Below are positions 48,501 to 61,291 of a stretch of DNA of 64,000 bases, one piece after another. Every line of letters starts with the position of its first letter. Position 1 is the stretch's first letter. The DNA comes from Azolla caroliniana. Taxonomy: Eukaryota > Plantae > Polypodiophyta. The notes beneath the pieces are model-generated. The model saw nothing but the letters and a program-made list of their open reading frames with translations, was not told the DNA's origin and made no database searches. Where the stretch lies: NCBI GenBank assembly GCA_043228905.1, contig JBHGNT010000010.1:6138001-6202000 (forward strand), written 5' to 3'. The translations under genes were made by a program, and so were the position numbers.

Positions 48501-51500
48501 CATCCGGTACCTCCGTTGTGCTACCGGCTTGGCGTCTTTGCTCAGATGTATCTGGTGCTGATACAACTGAGGATCCAGGCCTCTTATATCCTCGTATGAC
48601 CAGGCAAAGACGTCGCGAAACTCATTGAGGAGTGTAATTATCGTCGTTTTGTTCTCTGCATTCATTTCTTTGGCGATGTGCACCGGTTTTACCTCCTCCG
48701 TTGTTCCTAGATTTACCTCTTCTAATTGGGACACTTTTACGCGCTGGGATACGTCCATTTCCCTTTCCAACGCCTCATGCGCATGCCGTAACTCCCGGAT
48801 TGCTTCTTTATTCGGTTCCGCTTCGGTTCCGTCTGATTGCAGTAAGTAGGGTGATACTGCTTCCGCGACGTCAATTTCGAATAGAGGTACAATCTTCGGG
48901 TTCTCCAGCAAGTACTGCTCTTCTTCTTCGTCTGCTAACCCTTCCAGCATGTTGACACACTCCGCATATAACGGTGTCAGATCCTTGCCGGTGCCCTTCC
49001 TTGGTTGTGTTGGTACCTGTACCTTCGCTTTTCCCCGCCGGAACGTAATCATATTCCTCCTCCACTTCTGCTTGATATGTGCCGTTTTTAACCAAGGGTG
49101 TCCCAACAATAATGGGTACGCTCCTTCAGCCTGCAACTGGAGAACTACGGCTGAGATTCGGAATGTGTGGCCCCCGATGGTTACTTCCAAGTTCCGTATT
49201 AAACCTATCGGTCGCATCGAGCTTGTGTCCGCCATTCGAAGCCAGAACGAACATGGCTCCCACTCTCGAATTCCAAGAGCATCGCATGTTTGGAGGCTGA
49301 TTACATTAACGTCGGAGCCTCCGTCTATTATCATGCCGGGGAGTTCATTGCCGGACTGTTGGTGTCCACCACGACCAGTCCTTCTTCCGGATTTGAGAAG
49401 AATGTCGGAGCCGGTGGTGTTCTGCATGTCGTTATGCCGGACTTGAGTCCTTCTGTGAATCTTGGTACTAGCTGCAAGAGTCATCCTAACGGCAGCGTGA
49501 TCTGGCATTCCTGCAATACTTGCCATGTCACGTTTTCGGGCTGATTGCCGCCGGCGAGCTCTTCGGTGTTGTCCTTCTGTTGCGCGAGTTCTGCTACGTT
49601 TCGCTCATTTTCCTTTTTCACCCATTCCGTTGCCTGTTTCCGGATGGCCTCTTGTGTCTCCCATTCCGTAGTCTTCCCCTTCGACCTTGTGGTGACCTGC
49701 TGGAGGTCTGCGACTTCGGCGACTACCATGTTTACTGCCGGTCGCTTATCATAGCTTTTTGCCGGACATTGATTACTATAATGTCCTTCTTGTAGGCAGT
49801 AATAGCAATATGCTTTCCGGGTGTTGTTGGATTCGGCATTGTTTCCTGTACCCGGTGGAGGACTTGTGGTAACCGCGGGGCTCTGGTCTGGTTGGCTACT
49901 TGAGGCGCCTTTTTCCGGTTCACGTGGGTGGCTCCCGTTTTTGAAATGCCGTTTTTTATTAAAATTCTTTTTGTTGCGGTACCCTTGCGGGGGTTGGTCG
50001 TCATACCTCCCGTAATCTTCTCACCGTTGGTGATACCCGGGGGAGTGATCCCAGTTGTGATGCTCGTACCGTCCATTGTAATCTCGGTACTTGTCGTATC
50101 TCTTGTACCGGTCGTAGTTGTCTCGCCAATTGTTGTACCGAACATCTTGTGTCGGTCGATATCGCTCCTCTCGTTGCCAACGTTCATCTTCTTCGTCTCG
50201 GCTGCTACGTGGCTCGATTTGCCGGACTGGTGGAGCTTGCCGATTCAATAAGTTATATTCGCACCGGTCCATCATGTGGCTCGTAGATTGGCAGAGTAAG
50301 CAGTGCGTCCGCATGGTGCACTCCAGTGACGAGTGTCCGGAATTCAAGCAGGTCGTGCATTGGATTGCTTGCCAGAAATGTTGATCCTCATCGGTTGGTA
50401 ATGCTCGTTGGAGGGCTCCCATTGTTAGCCAAGAGCTCGTTTTTTCCATTTCTCGAACCCGGTCGATGACTTGGTCGACGGTGCTTGTGCGAAAGTCAAT
50501 GACCGTGCATACCGTTCGTAGAGGTTCCCGGAGCGCGGCTAAAAATATAGCCCGCGTTTCTTCCTCCGGAGGTGCGCGGGTAAGCTGACTGTGCATCCGT
50601 TGAAACTGGATGACAAACTGTGGGATGCTCTCGTCGGGGTCCTGCTGAATTGCATAAAATAAGCCCACCATTTCTCGTTGATCCACCTCCTTCTGGAAGA
50701 AGTGCAAGAATTTGTCTTTCAGGTCCGCAAAGGTGGTGATGGTGCTGCGATCCTGCGTCCGGTGCCATCTGGCGGCCGGTCCTTCTAATGTCACGCCGAA
50801 TTCAGCTATCTTGGATCGTTCCTCTTCTGCCGCGGTTAGCCATTGTGACACATGGTTCGCTTCCCATGTTTGTTCAAATGCGTGAACATGAGCCTCCGCG
50901 TACGGATCATCCCGATACTTGGAGTACTGGAACAACATATCGTCGTCCGGTGTCGGTACACGGCCTGGCGGTGTCGGTGGTCTTTCCTGCTGTTCCACCG
51001 GCGTTTGAGGTCTTTGCCGGTCTTCCTTTGGTGTTGCCGGCTCGACTTCCGGTGTTGGAAGTTTTTGCCGGTGCAATTCCGTCTCTTGGAGGTTGCTCCA
51101 CGACGAGTGCCAGAGGTTCTCGGTCTGCCAACTCTGGTTCCGGTGTCGGTAAGGTATCCGACTCCTCGTCCTCCGGTCCTCCTGGGGTATCGTTACTGCT
51201 GCGATAGTTCGTATGCGCGCTGTAACCCCCTTCCGAATCCGATTCCAGTGCTGAAAATGCTTCGGATTCGCCGTCTCTTCCGGCCAAGGCCTGGAGAAGC
51301 GTTTCCGCTTCCCGGAGGCTGCTTAAGTTGCTTCCTTCGTCCGGGTAGGCGTTTTGTTGCAGACGGAACGACTCCTCCGCCACTTTTCGGATCACTTTGG
51401 AAAATGATCGATCCGTTCGGATTTCTTCCGCTACTTGTTGAAAAGCCTCTCGCCACCGTCTCCATTCAGCAAGTCTTCGTGCTCTCTCTGTAACCGGGTC

Positions 51501-51518
51501 GTCTGTTGGCCTAGTCAT
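45596..51518 (-). pseudogene. G1 gag-pol, frameshifted
   Basis: TLEGPAARW, CCHC knuckles, [61 protein letters not shown]. Confidence 0.93.
45819..46044. repeat. Exact 112-bp tandem duplication within G1 integrase
   Basis: TGGTTTTAGTCTAAATCC..GGTCCATCTA occurs at 45821 and 45933. Confidence 0.92.
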
Positions 51519-53673
51519 CCATTCCTATCGTTGTTCACTGCGATAATGCAGGAATCGTGGTCGCCTAAACCCTAAATCCTATAACACCTTTTGGCGACCA
51601 CTAAGGCGACCCCCCTTTGGAGACGGAGTCGAAGAATAATACGCAATGAACAATGATGCAACCCTCATCAGTGCGAGAAGTCGAATCGACGATGTGCGAG
51701 AACCGGTGGAAATATGAGAAAGAACAATGGCGTGATGACTATTCACTGCAGAAGTATGCAAGAAAAGCGACAAATGATGGCAATGATGTGCAGAAGAAGT
51801 CGGAAATGGAAGATTGACTGATGCACAATTCTACAATGAATTAATCTCTATATTTGTATGTTTTGTTTGGTCTGTTTTTGTCCTAAATGTTCGAGACATG
51901 TTGCCAAAGATGTACAAAAACGATGACAATGCATGAGAGGAAGTCGCGAAATGATGGCGTTAAGTGAGTGTGCAAGAAAGCGTGCTGCAAGAGACAACCA
52001 TGATGGCCAAGACAACCGACAACAGGATGGAGATGCCGGAAAGATGCTGCCGGACAGGCAATCAGAATAACCAGAATGGAGGACATGTCGGACAAGGCGA
52101 CGGATGACGGCCAGAATAGCAACGGTGTTCGGAAGGTTGCAAAGGCAAACGAGAAGACACAGCAGAACCGACTGTTGGAAAATGGACCGGAACGAGCTGG
52201 GATAAGACGGTTCGATGGCTAGAAAAGTGACATCGATAGAGGAAACGGCCGGACACGACCAGAGATGGAGTTCGCCATACAGCCGGCCAAACGGGCCGAA
52301 CAGTTGGAACGGTGACAGAGCTGGGACAACGATCAAATGGCGGTGGCCACATACCAACGGCTAAAGTGGTGGCGAACTAGCAACGGCCAGGTCGGACAGA
52401 GACAGCCGAATGTGTCGGACGACGGAGATAGCCGGACCGACGACCGGACATCAGCGGAAGAGAAACCGGAGAAGCGGTCGGACGAGCCAGATGGATAGCA
52501 GCTGACGGCCGGAAGGAACGGTGGCGGTCGGAAACCCTAAACAAACAGCAAGAGTTGCCAAAACGATGGGTTGGATGGCATCGGAGCCGAAGACAGATAT
52601 GGAGAAACGGACACAAAGACGGAGCCGGCAGACAAGGCCGGACAGAGACAAACGACACCGGCAACATCGAACAGAGATGGACGACCGACAATGATGGAAC
52701 CGGAAAACACAGAAAAACGGCCGGACATGGAGGACAGGACAGATGCACAAATCGTATGGCGACGGTGCAGAGGAGGCCATTACAACTATTGCACAACGAG
52801 CGACATAGGAAAACAAGGAAGAAAGAAGAAGAGAAAGAAGATGCAAACAACGAATGACGACAACGACAGGAAAGAAAATAGAGAAAAGAAGAAGAGAATG
52901 AAGTAGGAAGAGAACATAGAAGAAGAAGAAGAAGAAGAAGAAGAAGAATGAGAAGAAGGAGATGTAGTCGTTCATGAACAGAGAAATAAGAGGAAGAAGT
53001 CATGGAAGAAGAGAAGGCACATAACAGAGGATGGAGAGAAACGAGAAAGGAAGAAGAAGACAAATCCGGAAGAAGAACTGCATAAGAAAACAAGAAGAAG
53101 CAGATGAAGACAGGAGAGAAAGGATGACAAGAAGAGAAGCGGGAAACGAAAGCAGAAAGAAAAAGAAAGAGAAGAGGGATACACACAAGAGAGTGCAATA
53201 ACGGACCACAACAATAACCTAGAGATAAAGACGAAATTGAAGCAGAAGATAGGACGAGAAGCAAAATAGAGAAAGGGGCATTCGAGGAGTTTTGAAAATC
53301 TGAGGGCATCCGAAGAATTTCAAAAAACATGATGGCATTGTCAAAATTTAAAAAAATCAAAGGGCACCAATGGAATTTCGAAAACTCATGAATCTAAAAG
53401 AAATGGACGCAATCCACACACAACTCACAAGATAAAATGAAGTTACACATACGCACAACGTTTTTGGACCCATGATGCTAAAGTTCGTAAGTCGACAAAA
53501 TGAGAATGTTCGTGTCGCGGAAGCTTCACTGACCGACAAAGATGTTCGAGTCAAGCACTCCGATCGAGGGATTCGATCGTTGAAAGGAGCGATGGAAGTT
53601 CCGGTCGAAGAAATATCATCATCAAGGCATGTGGGATCAACGTGCAAGGCACTTTCCCACAGGCGTGCCATAT

Positions 53674-54120
53674 TGTGTTTGTTGTCCAGAGGACAAAAAT
53701 GTAAAATTAGGAAATTAGAGGACGCCGAGTCCGAGTGTCACGGGCCACCAAGGGCTCAATTGTGTATAAGGGAAAAGTTATTTAAACGAGGAACAGTACC
53801 TCAGAAAGGGAGAGAAGAAAATTATAGGCGGAAGCACTAGCGTAGTCATTCGAATTAGATAAACTAGTAAGGTCACCGGCCATAGGCCGTGTTTTGTAAT
53901 CCTTTCTGCCATAGTAATACATATTATTTGTGCCTATTTTGGTTGCATGATTCTGTGTTTCGATCTATACCTATGAGTTTCATGCCGCCACGTCTATCAA
54001 AACCTCGCTAGTGTTTTCTCTCTGAACCCTGGATCTCTCTCGATACCTCTGTACGAGCCTTCACGTACCACGCCCTTGAAGATCTATCGAAGGTGTTCGC
54101 CCAAAGGAATGGGAAACACA
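53674..54120 (+). repeat. LTR (5' LTR of G2)
   Basis: TGTGTTT..AAACACA terminal inverted repeat followed by a PBS; an alternative start at 53680 is possible. Confidence 0.8.
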
Positions 54121-54123
54121 ATT

Positions 54124-54137
54124 TGGCACGCCCGGTG
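54124..54137 (+). promoter_or_regulatory. PBS, tRNA-Arg type
   Basis: TGGCACGCCCGGTG 3 nt after the LTR end; tRNA identity is recalled, not searched. Confidence 0.8.
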
Positions 54138-54302
54138 ACAGCTGTGAGTGCACAACGAACTTCGTTGAAGGTAACTACCAGCTACCGTTACAGCGCCCTC
54201 TCGCACCACGAGGTCTTGGCCACCTGCCCGACGCCCTGAGCCAGTCGAAGGAACTTCCGACTCGGCGGTCACTGACCAATCCTTTCCCGATCAATCGGGG
54301 GC

Positions 54303-57300
54303 TTGGCCAGTGCAATCCTCGCCACCAGACACTCGATCGTGAGTGGATTCACCACCAGAGCCCCCGTCGAGCCCTCTGGAGGTCAATCAACCGGAACCAA
54401 ACCCTTTTCCAGTACCCTCACACCGGCCGAAATCGATGCATCGAAGATTGCCGAGTTCACACTCTCCCTCGAGGGACCGGCCGCACGATGGTACTCTCGT
54501 CTCGAAATAGGAGAGGCCACCACTTTCCAAATTGTGCGCACAAAGTTCCTTGAACTTTTTCATCGCGAGGTGCCTAAACGGGAACTGCTACGGCAATTCT
54601 TCTCTATATGCCAGGAACCGCACGAAACAGTCGCCCAGTTCACGATCCGGCTCCAGGACCTCTACAGACAAGTGGTCGATGATGTCTCGACACAACATAT
54701 ACCAGACACTTTCCTATCCAGTTTACGAGAGCCTCTACGAACGACTCTCGCACTTACAAATTTCGCCAACCATACTATCGAACAAGTCATAGCGCACGTT
54801 CTCGCCCTCGATCGGAACCAGCACGGCACGGCCTTCTCGATGACATCCTTGCAAACCACTCTTCCCCAAGAGGACAATCGCTTTTGCCAAGCCCTCCAAT
54901 GCACTGCGTGTTCAGGATCAGGGCACCTGGCCCTCGAATGTCCCCACCGACCACAGTGTCCGATCTGTCAGTCTCGAGCTCACACGGTCGAGCAATGCGA
55001 ATATAATATGTTGAACCGCACAACGGCAACACCGGTCCGCCAGATCGAGCCACACAATACATACTCTCGGCAGGACGAGCGATACATCTACCGCGACCAG
55101 GATAAGGACCAACCGCGATCCCCGGATCGATGGCGCTGAAACGACGACTACCAACGTGATAATCGCCGTGATTATTATCACGATGACCGGCACGACGATT
55201 ATGCTCAGTACGATGACGATCGCGATGATCGGTATGACCGAAGGAACTCACGCATGGATCAGCGAAACGGCAATCGTAACACACGCAACAACAGAAGACC
55301 TAATCACAACCGCCGACGGAACGCTCCTCAACAGGACCAGCGCAACTCCAACACACCTCGGAACAACCCTTCACTAAATGAGACCGAGGATCCACAACAA
55401 CAGCTCCCACACACAGACCGAGCAAACACCAGCAGCTCGGCCAACGTGACATGTTTTAAATGTAACCAACCAGGCCACTACGCCACGCAATGTCCGACAA
55501 CCAACCATGGCAAGGCACCCGCGGTAAACAGTATCATGGCCGATGTGCAAACGGTCACTACCCGGAGTAAAGCACAGCCTACTCAGTGGCAAATCCAGGA
55601 TGAAGTACGACAGGCAGCAAAAGAATGGGTCGACACGGCCAATAAAAATAATGCCGCACGCATGCAAACTGACATGAGGGACGGGCCCAGTGAAGTACCA
55701 CACACCTCGGCCCCACCCACGTCGTCGGAGGACAACCAACTATGGGATGTGCTTACCAATTCCCGCATCTCGCTGCCCCTACATAAACTGCTACCACTCA
55801 TGCCAAGATTTCGGGACACCCTGGCGGCACTACAAGCCAATACTAAGACCGAGACACCACCGGTACACCTCACTGACGCAGGTACCGGTCCACCACTCAT
55901 GGATTCTCAGAACCCAGCCGTGCGAATCATCATTAAGGGACAAGACCTGCAAGGATGCATCATCGACGGCGGGTCCGCTGTAAACGTTATTAGCAAATCA
56001 ACGTGTCTCAAACTCGGCCTGAATCAATGGGAACCATGCCCCTTTTGGCTTCGGATGGCCGACACCTGCTCCGTTCGCCCCATTGGTTTAATCCGCCATC
56101 TCGACTTCACACTCGGAGGACACATGTTCACGATCTCGGCCGTCGTGCTACGACTGGAGACACAAGGCGCCTACCCAATGTTACTAGGTCGACCGTGGTT
56201 GCGTACAACGAATGTCTAGCAACATTGGCAACGCAACATGATCTCATTCCGAAAAGGGAAGACAAAAGTCCGGATCATCACTGAAGAACGAGTCCCCGTC
56301 GCCCTCAACACTTCGCCGTTATACGCGGAAGGAGTCCATATGCTCGACGGATTGGCCAATGCGGAGGTCAATGACTTCCTAGATGATCATCCCACGATCA
56401 TTCCTCTCTTCGAAATCAATGCCTTACCAACCATCGAGCCATCTAAAGACGAGGGAGTCACGGAGGAGTCACCACCCCAAGATGAACCCGATGCAACCAC
56501 AGTGGCCGAGCTACGTCATCCTCGGGAGGCTTTCGAACGCGAACTCGCCGTTTCACAACGAGTGAAAGCATCAACCCTGGAAACAATAAACCTCGGTTCG
56601 GACGAGAATCCCCGTACGGTACAAATTGCCAATAATCTACCAACCGACGAACGGGCATGCCTCGTAAAATTACTCACCGACTACCAGGATGTTTTCGCTT
56701 GGTCTTACACCGATATGAAGGGGCTGGATCCTCAGTACTACCAACATCAAATTCACATCTTACCCGACACTCGGCCGGTTCAGCAGAGGCGCTACAGGAT
56801 GAACCCCAACTACGCCGCTAAAGTCAAAGAGGAAATTGACAAGTTACTCCGAGTAGGCTTCATTCGCCCTGTTAAACGGGCTACATGGTTGAGCCCGATC
56901 GTAGTGGTCCCAAAGAAGAACGGAAAAATCCGCGTCTGTGTCGACTATCGGAAGCTTAACGCGGCAACAGTCACCGACGGTTTCCCTCTCACATTCATGA
57001 ATAGCGTCCTCGACACGGTAGCCGGCCACCAATGCTACAGTTTCCTCGACGGGTTCAGCGGCTATAACCAGATAAGAATGCACCCGGAGGATCAGGAGAA
57101 AACCGCTTTCGTCACGGAATGGGGTGTGTTTGTAGCAGAAGTTATGATGTTCGGTCTAAAAACAGCATCGGCTACGTTCCAGCGCATTATCACTGAAATA
57201 TTTCATGACTACATTCCAGCGTTCATGCAAGTTTTTCTCGACGATTTCGCCGTGTATGGCCATCGACGGGAACACATGACCCAGTTACGACTCTGCCTGG

Positions 57301-59456
57301 ACCGATGTCGCCAAGCTCGATTGAGTTTAAACCCGGCGAAATGCGCATTCTTAGTCACCAGCGACAACCTTCTCGGCCACATTGTTAGTCAAGAAGGCAT
57401 TGCTCTGAACCCGGATAAAGTAAAGGCAATCCTGGAGGCCACCGCACCCTCGAACGCTAAGGCACTAAGCCGTTTTTTGGGACAGATCCGGTGGCACAGC
57501 CGAATGATACGACACCTGGCCGATTTCGCGACACCCTTACACGCGGCAGTCCATCGCCTTCCTTTCCAATGGACGTCCGTCGAGGACACGGCCTATCAGA
57601 CCCTCAAACGAATGTTGTCACATGCCCCGGTGGTCCAGTCTCCGGTTTGGTCCGAACCATTTCATGTCTTCGTGGATGCTTCAGACATCACCATCGGAAG
57701 TGCGCTAATGCAATGCACACCCCTGAATTGGTATAGGCCCGTATACTACGCGAGTCGACGGCTCTCGCCCGCGGAAAAGAATTACTCCACCATCGAGCGG
57801 GAGGCTCTCGGTATGATTTATAGCATCAATAAATTTCGGCATTATCTCTTGGGCTGAAAGTTTACCTTTCACGTGGATCACTCGGCCCTTCTTTATTTGG
57901 TCAATAAACAAGCCCTCACCAGCCGGTTGGCTCGATGGATGCTCCTACTACAAGAGTTTGATTTTCAGATTCAGCATCGACCCGGGGTACAACATGCCGT
58001 CGCCGACTACTTGAGCCGTCTTGAGTCAGGAGAACCGGCGAAAACAACGTACGACGAGCTACCGGACGCCAGCCTATTTAACCTGACCACGGTACCAAAC
58101 GATAACGGAGATGAATGGATCACGGAGATGACCCATTTTCTCACTACCGGTGTACCTCCGGAGCACATGACCCTTGACACGAAAAAACGCCTAGCAGTGC
58201 GGAGCCGGAATTTTTGCCTCGTCTCGAACATTCTCTACCACAAGGGCTCGGACGGCATATGGCGCCGAGCGATTCGGCAGTTCGAGAAGAACGTTGTTCT
58301 TCAAGAAGCTCACCAGGGAGTATCTGGGGGACACTACGCCGGGGATTCTACGGCAAGGAAAGTTTGGCAAAGTGGATTATGGTGGCCGACAACAAAGAAA
58401 GACGCTCACGAGTTTTGCCGGCAGTGCGATTTGTGTCAACGTCTGGGGCAACCAAGGGAACAGTCACGGATGCCACACCAGCCGATTCTTCCGTTGGACC
58501 CATTTCAAAAATGGGGTTTGGATTTTGTAGGTCCTTTCAAACCACCCGCAGCCCGAACAAGGAATCGATATATTATCGTGGCCACGGATTACTGCACCAA
58601 ATGGGTCGAGGCTAAGGCACTCCGAGATAACACGGCGGCATCCACGGCTAAATTTGTGTACGAGCACCTCTGGTGCCGTTACGGATGTCCAATCGAGCTC
58701 GTTAGTGACCAAGGTGGGCACTTCATCAATCATATAATACGTGAGCTTACACACCACTACGCGGTGGTGCACAAGAAAAGCACACCATACTACCCGCAGG
58801 CGAACGGTTTGGCAGAATCGACAAATAAAATCCTCCAAACCATACTGAAGAAGATCGTCAATGAAAACAGGACTGATTGGGATGACAAACTCCAGAGCGC
58901 GTTGTGGGCGTATCGTACGACCTTCAAAACAAGCATCCAATCAACCACCTTTCGAATGGCGTTCGGGTTAGAAGCTGTAATGCCTGTCGAGTTCCAAGTC
59001 CCCATCCTTAGAGTTCAAGTCAAAGCACGGCTCCCCGAGGCCGAATCCGAACAAAACCGGCTGGAACAACTACTCGAACTCGGGGAAGATAGGATAGAGA
59101 GTATGGCCCAGCTCGAACAACGCCAACGGCAACGCAAGGCTTTCGTGGATCGACATCGACACGGGCTGGAGAAGGAGCTCACCATCGGCAAACCAGTCCT
59201 TCTTTTCCAAACACGACTCGGGTCAATGCCGGGAAAATTAAGATTTTGATGGACCGGTCCATTCTGGATTATCGACGAGTTCAACGGGACGTTCCTGCTC
59301 GGCACACTCGCCGTCGACACGGTCAAAAGTTGGGCCAATGGGTTTCGGCTTAGACCATATCGCGGGACTACACCACCCAACCCGTTTACCAAGCCACATG
59401 GCACCAACGAGACTCGGGAGATCACCACGGAGGATGCCACAGGTCCCCCTGAATAA
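54303..59456 (+). pseudogene. G2 gag-pol in a single frame with four in-frame stops
   Basis: ORFs starting 54303, 55254, 56238 and 57873 share one frame; stops at 55137, 56217, 57855 and 59247; same motifs as G1. Start is approximate. Confidence 0.93.
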
Positions 59457-59813
59457 GGACTCACCCACCTTCTGGAAATTAATAAAAGTAGTAGTAGGTA
59501 GGATTAACCATAGTTTAGCCACTGTTTAGCTACACCTACACCACCCACCTAGGCACCCCACTTTTAGGAGCACCCCTCGCCACCACTCAGTTAGTACCTA
59601 TTTAAACTGTTCACACATGCAAACCACATGCAAGGCACACTAGAAGCACCCCACTCACCTTCAGGACACGTGGTGCTAGTCACTTATTATGGCACCCACG
59701 ACTCAGAATCTTCAGGATTCGCTGCAGGTACAAAACCCTAGGAAGAAGTTACCAAAACCGTTTCCAAAACGCAGCACAGACCATTATCGCTCTCCATCTC
59801 CATTGCTCTCAAG

Positions 59814-59980
59814 CATAGTTCTAGCCATACGTCCCATTCGTGTCAAACTCAAACGCCAATATTCGTATCATACTCATACGTGAAAAGGCTCCAAGTATGA
59901 TTGAAATCCATACGCGGTACATAGATATATTATATATACATATGGTGTATATGGTGTACATAGTGTGTGTGTGTGTGAGG

Positions 59981-60025
<45 letters not shown>

Positions 60026-60394
60026 AGAGAGAGCGTGTGTGGTCTAGAGAGAGAAGCCCTGTTTTGCATGTGTGAGGAGACAGTGATTGAGTGTATATCT
60101 AGACTCTAGAGAGAGAGAGAGAGAGAGGAGCTATGGGTTTTGTCTGTGTGAGGGAGTATGTAATATGTATATTAGATATCTAGATTTTGTAGAGAGAGAA
60201 AATCTGTCAGTTCTCGTGTGTGAGAGAGAGAGAGTGTGTGTGTGTATGTGTGTCAGATGTCACTTCTATTCACAAAATATTATGAATATCAAAAAAAAAA
60301 AAAAGCCAAACGAATATCGCGTATCATACGCGTACGTTTGCAAACGTTCGCGTACGTCCAGTAAATTGGACGTACGCGAATATTAGGAACTATG
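59814..60394. mobile_element. Non-autonomous hAT DNA transposon (MITE), 581 bp
   Basis: TIR CATAGTTC..GAACTATG; 8-bp TSD CTCTCAAG (59806-59813 / 60395-60402); internal (GA)n and (GT)n tracts. Confidence 0.9.
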
Positions 60395-60577
60395 CTCTCA
60401 AGATCAGAAACCCCATCTCGCTCTCAACACACTAAGCGCTCTTGCTCTCAAGCCCTCTTCCGCTCTCATAACCTCTCTGCTGGACTTCCACTTCCTGCTG
60501 CTCCTGCGGTAGCTCGCCCTCGCCTCATCACTTTACTTCACGCTTCCACACAGTCGAACCCAGCTTCCATCTCCACT

Positions 60578-61291
60578 ATGCCGCTTACCGCCTCAGCCGA
60601 AACCCGCGCCTGGCTCCAGGAACGAGGAATGGGCGGTTATCTGAAGATCATCGATGCCCCCGCGCACCCAGATGCCCAAAATGTGGCGAAACGTATAAGT
60701 CCCGAAGCCATCACCAACAACGTGCTTCGGGCTGTTTTGGACCTGCAACGGGGAGGAGACCATGAGGTCGACATACCCCCGGCATCAAAGATGAAGGCGT
60801 ACTTCGGGGAGTACTCAGCCACAGGGAAGGCATATCGCACGTATGGCGGGCCCAACAAAGCTTTCGGGGAGATTGCGCGTATCTTGATGGAGTATGCGTT
60901 TGTGCATACGAACCCAACGAGCATGCCGCAGAACAAGGCAACCATCATCATCAGCGCTTATGAAGGAAACAGAATCGATTGGGGAATCATCACAGGCGAA
61001 GGACTCTGCGCCGCCTTAGCTTCATTTCAGTCCGGTAAGAAGATGTTGTCTGTTCTTACCCACTTTTTGATGGTGTTATACCCACCCTCTTCGCTTCCTT
61101 CCCCTCGCGCACTCACGTCCCCACCACCACCACGAAGGCAGAGAGAGAAATTCGTGGCCATCATCCACGAAGCCTGGGAGGAGCCCACATCGCCTTCACC
61201 CCCTGCCGCCGACCAGACAACCGCATCTGCACCACCACCCGCTCAACCCCAACAAAAAAGGGTAGTTTCAGAGACCTGCCAAGAATGGGAG
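60578..61291 (+). pseudogene. G2 extra ORF N-terminal part, truncated by a copia insertion
   Basis: YFGEYS..GKAYRTYGG..F.EIA.IL.E..MPQNKA.III.AYEG..IDW aligns with the G1 extra ORF; start codon uncertain. Confidence 0.8.

Larger units (their letters stand above)
36122..53670 (-). mobile_element. Non-chromovirus Ty3/gypsy element G1 (Athila/Phygy/Selgy-like, no archaeal RNase H seen) with a 3' extra ORF; own 5' LTR not found
   Basis: gag-PR-RT-RH-INT order on the minus strand at 51518-45596; extra ORF 45446-42420; 3' LTR 36122-42367. Right boundary inferred from a PBS-like motif at 53655-53670. Confidence 0.8.
53674..61291 (+). mobile_element. Non-chromovirus Ty3/gypsy element G2 (relative of G1), interrupted by a MITE and a copia
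   Basis: LTR, PBS, single-frame gag-pol and extra ORF. Confidence 0.9.

Noticed and set aside
52377-53360. 327-aa hydrophobic ORF resembling a membrane or env protein
   Set aside because: An F/L/S-rich product of a stop-poor pyrimidine tract, with overlapping frames equally open.
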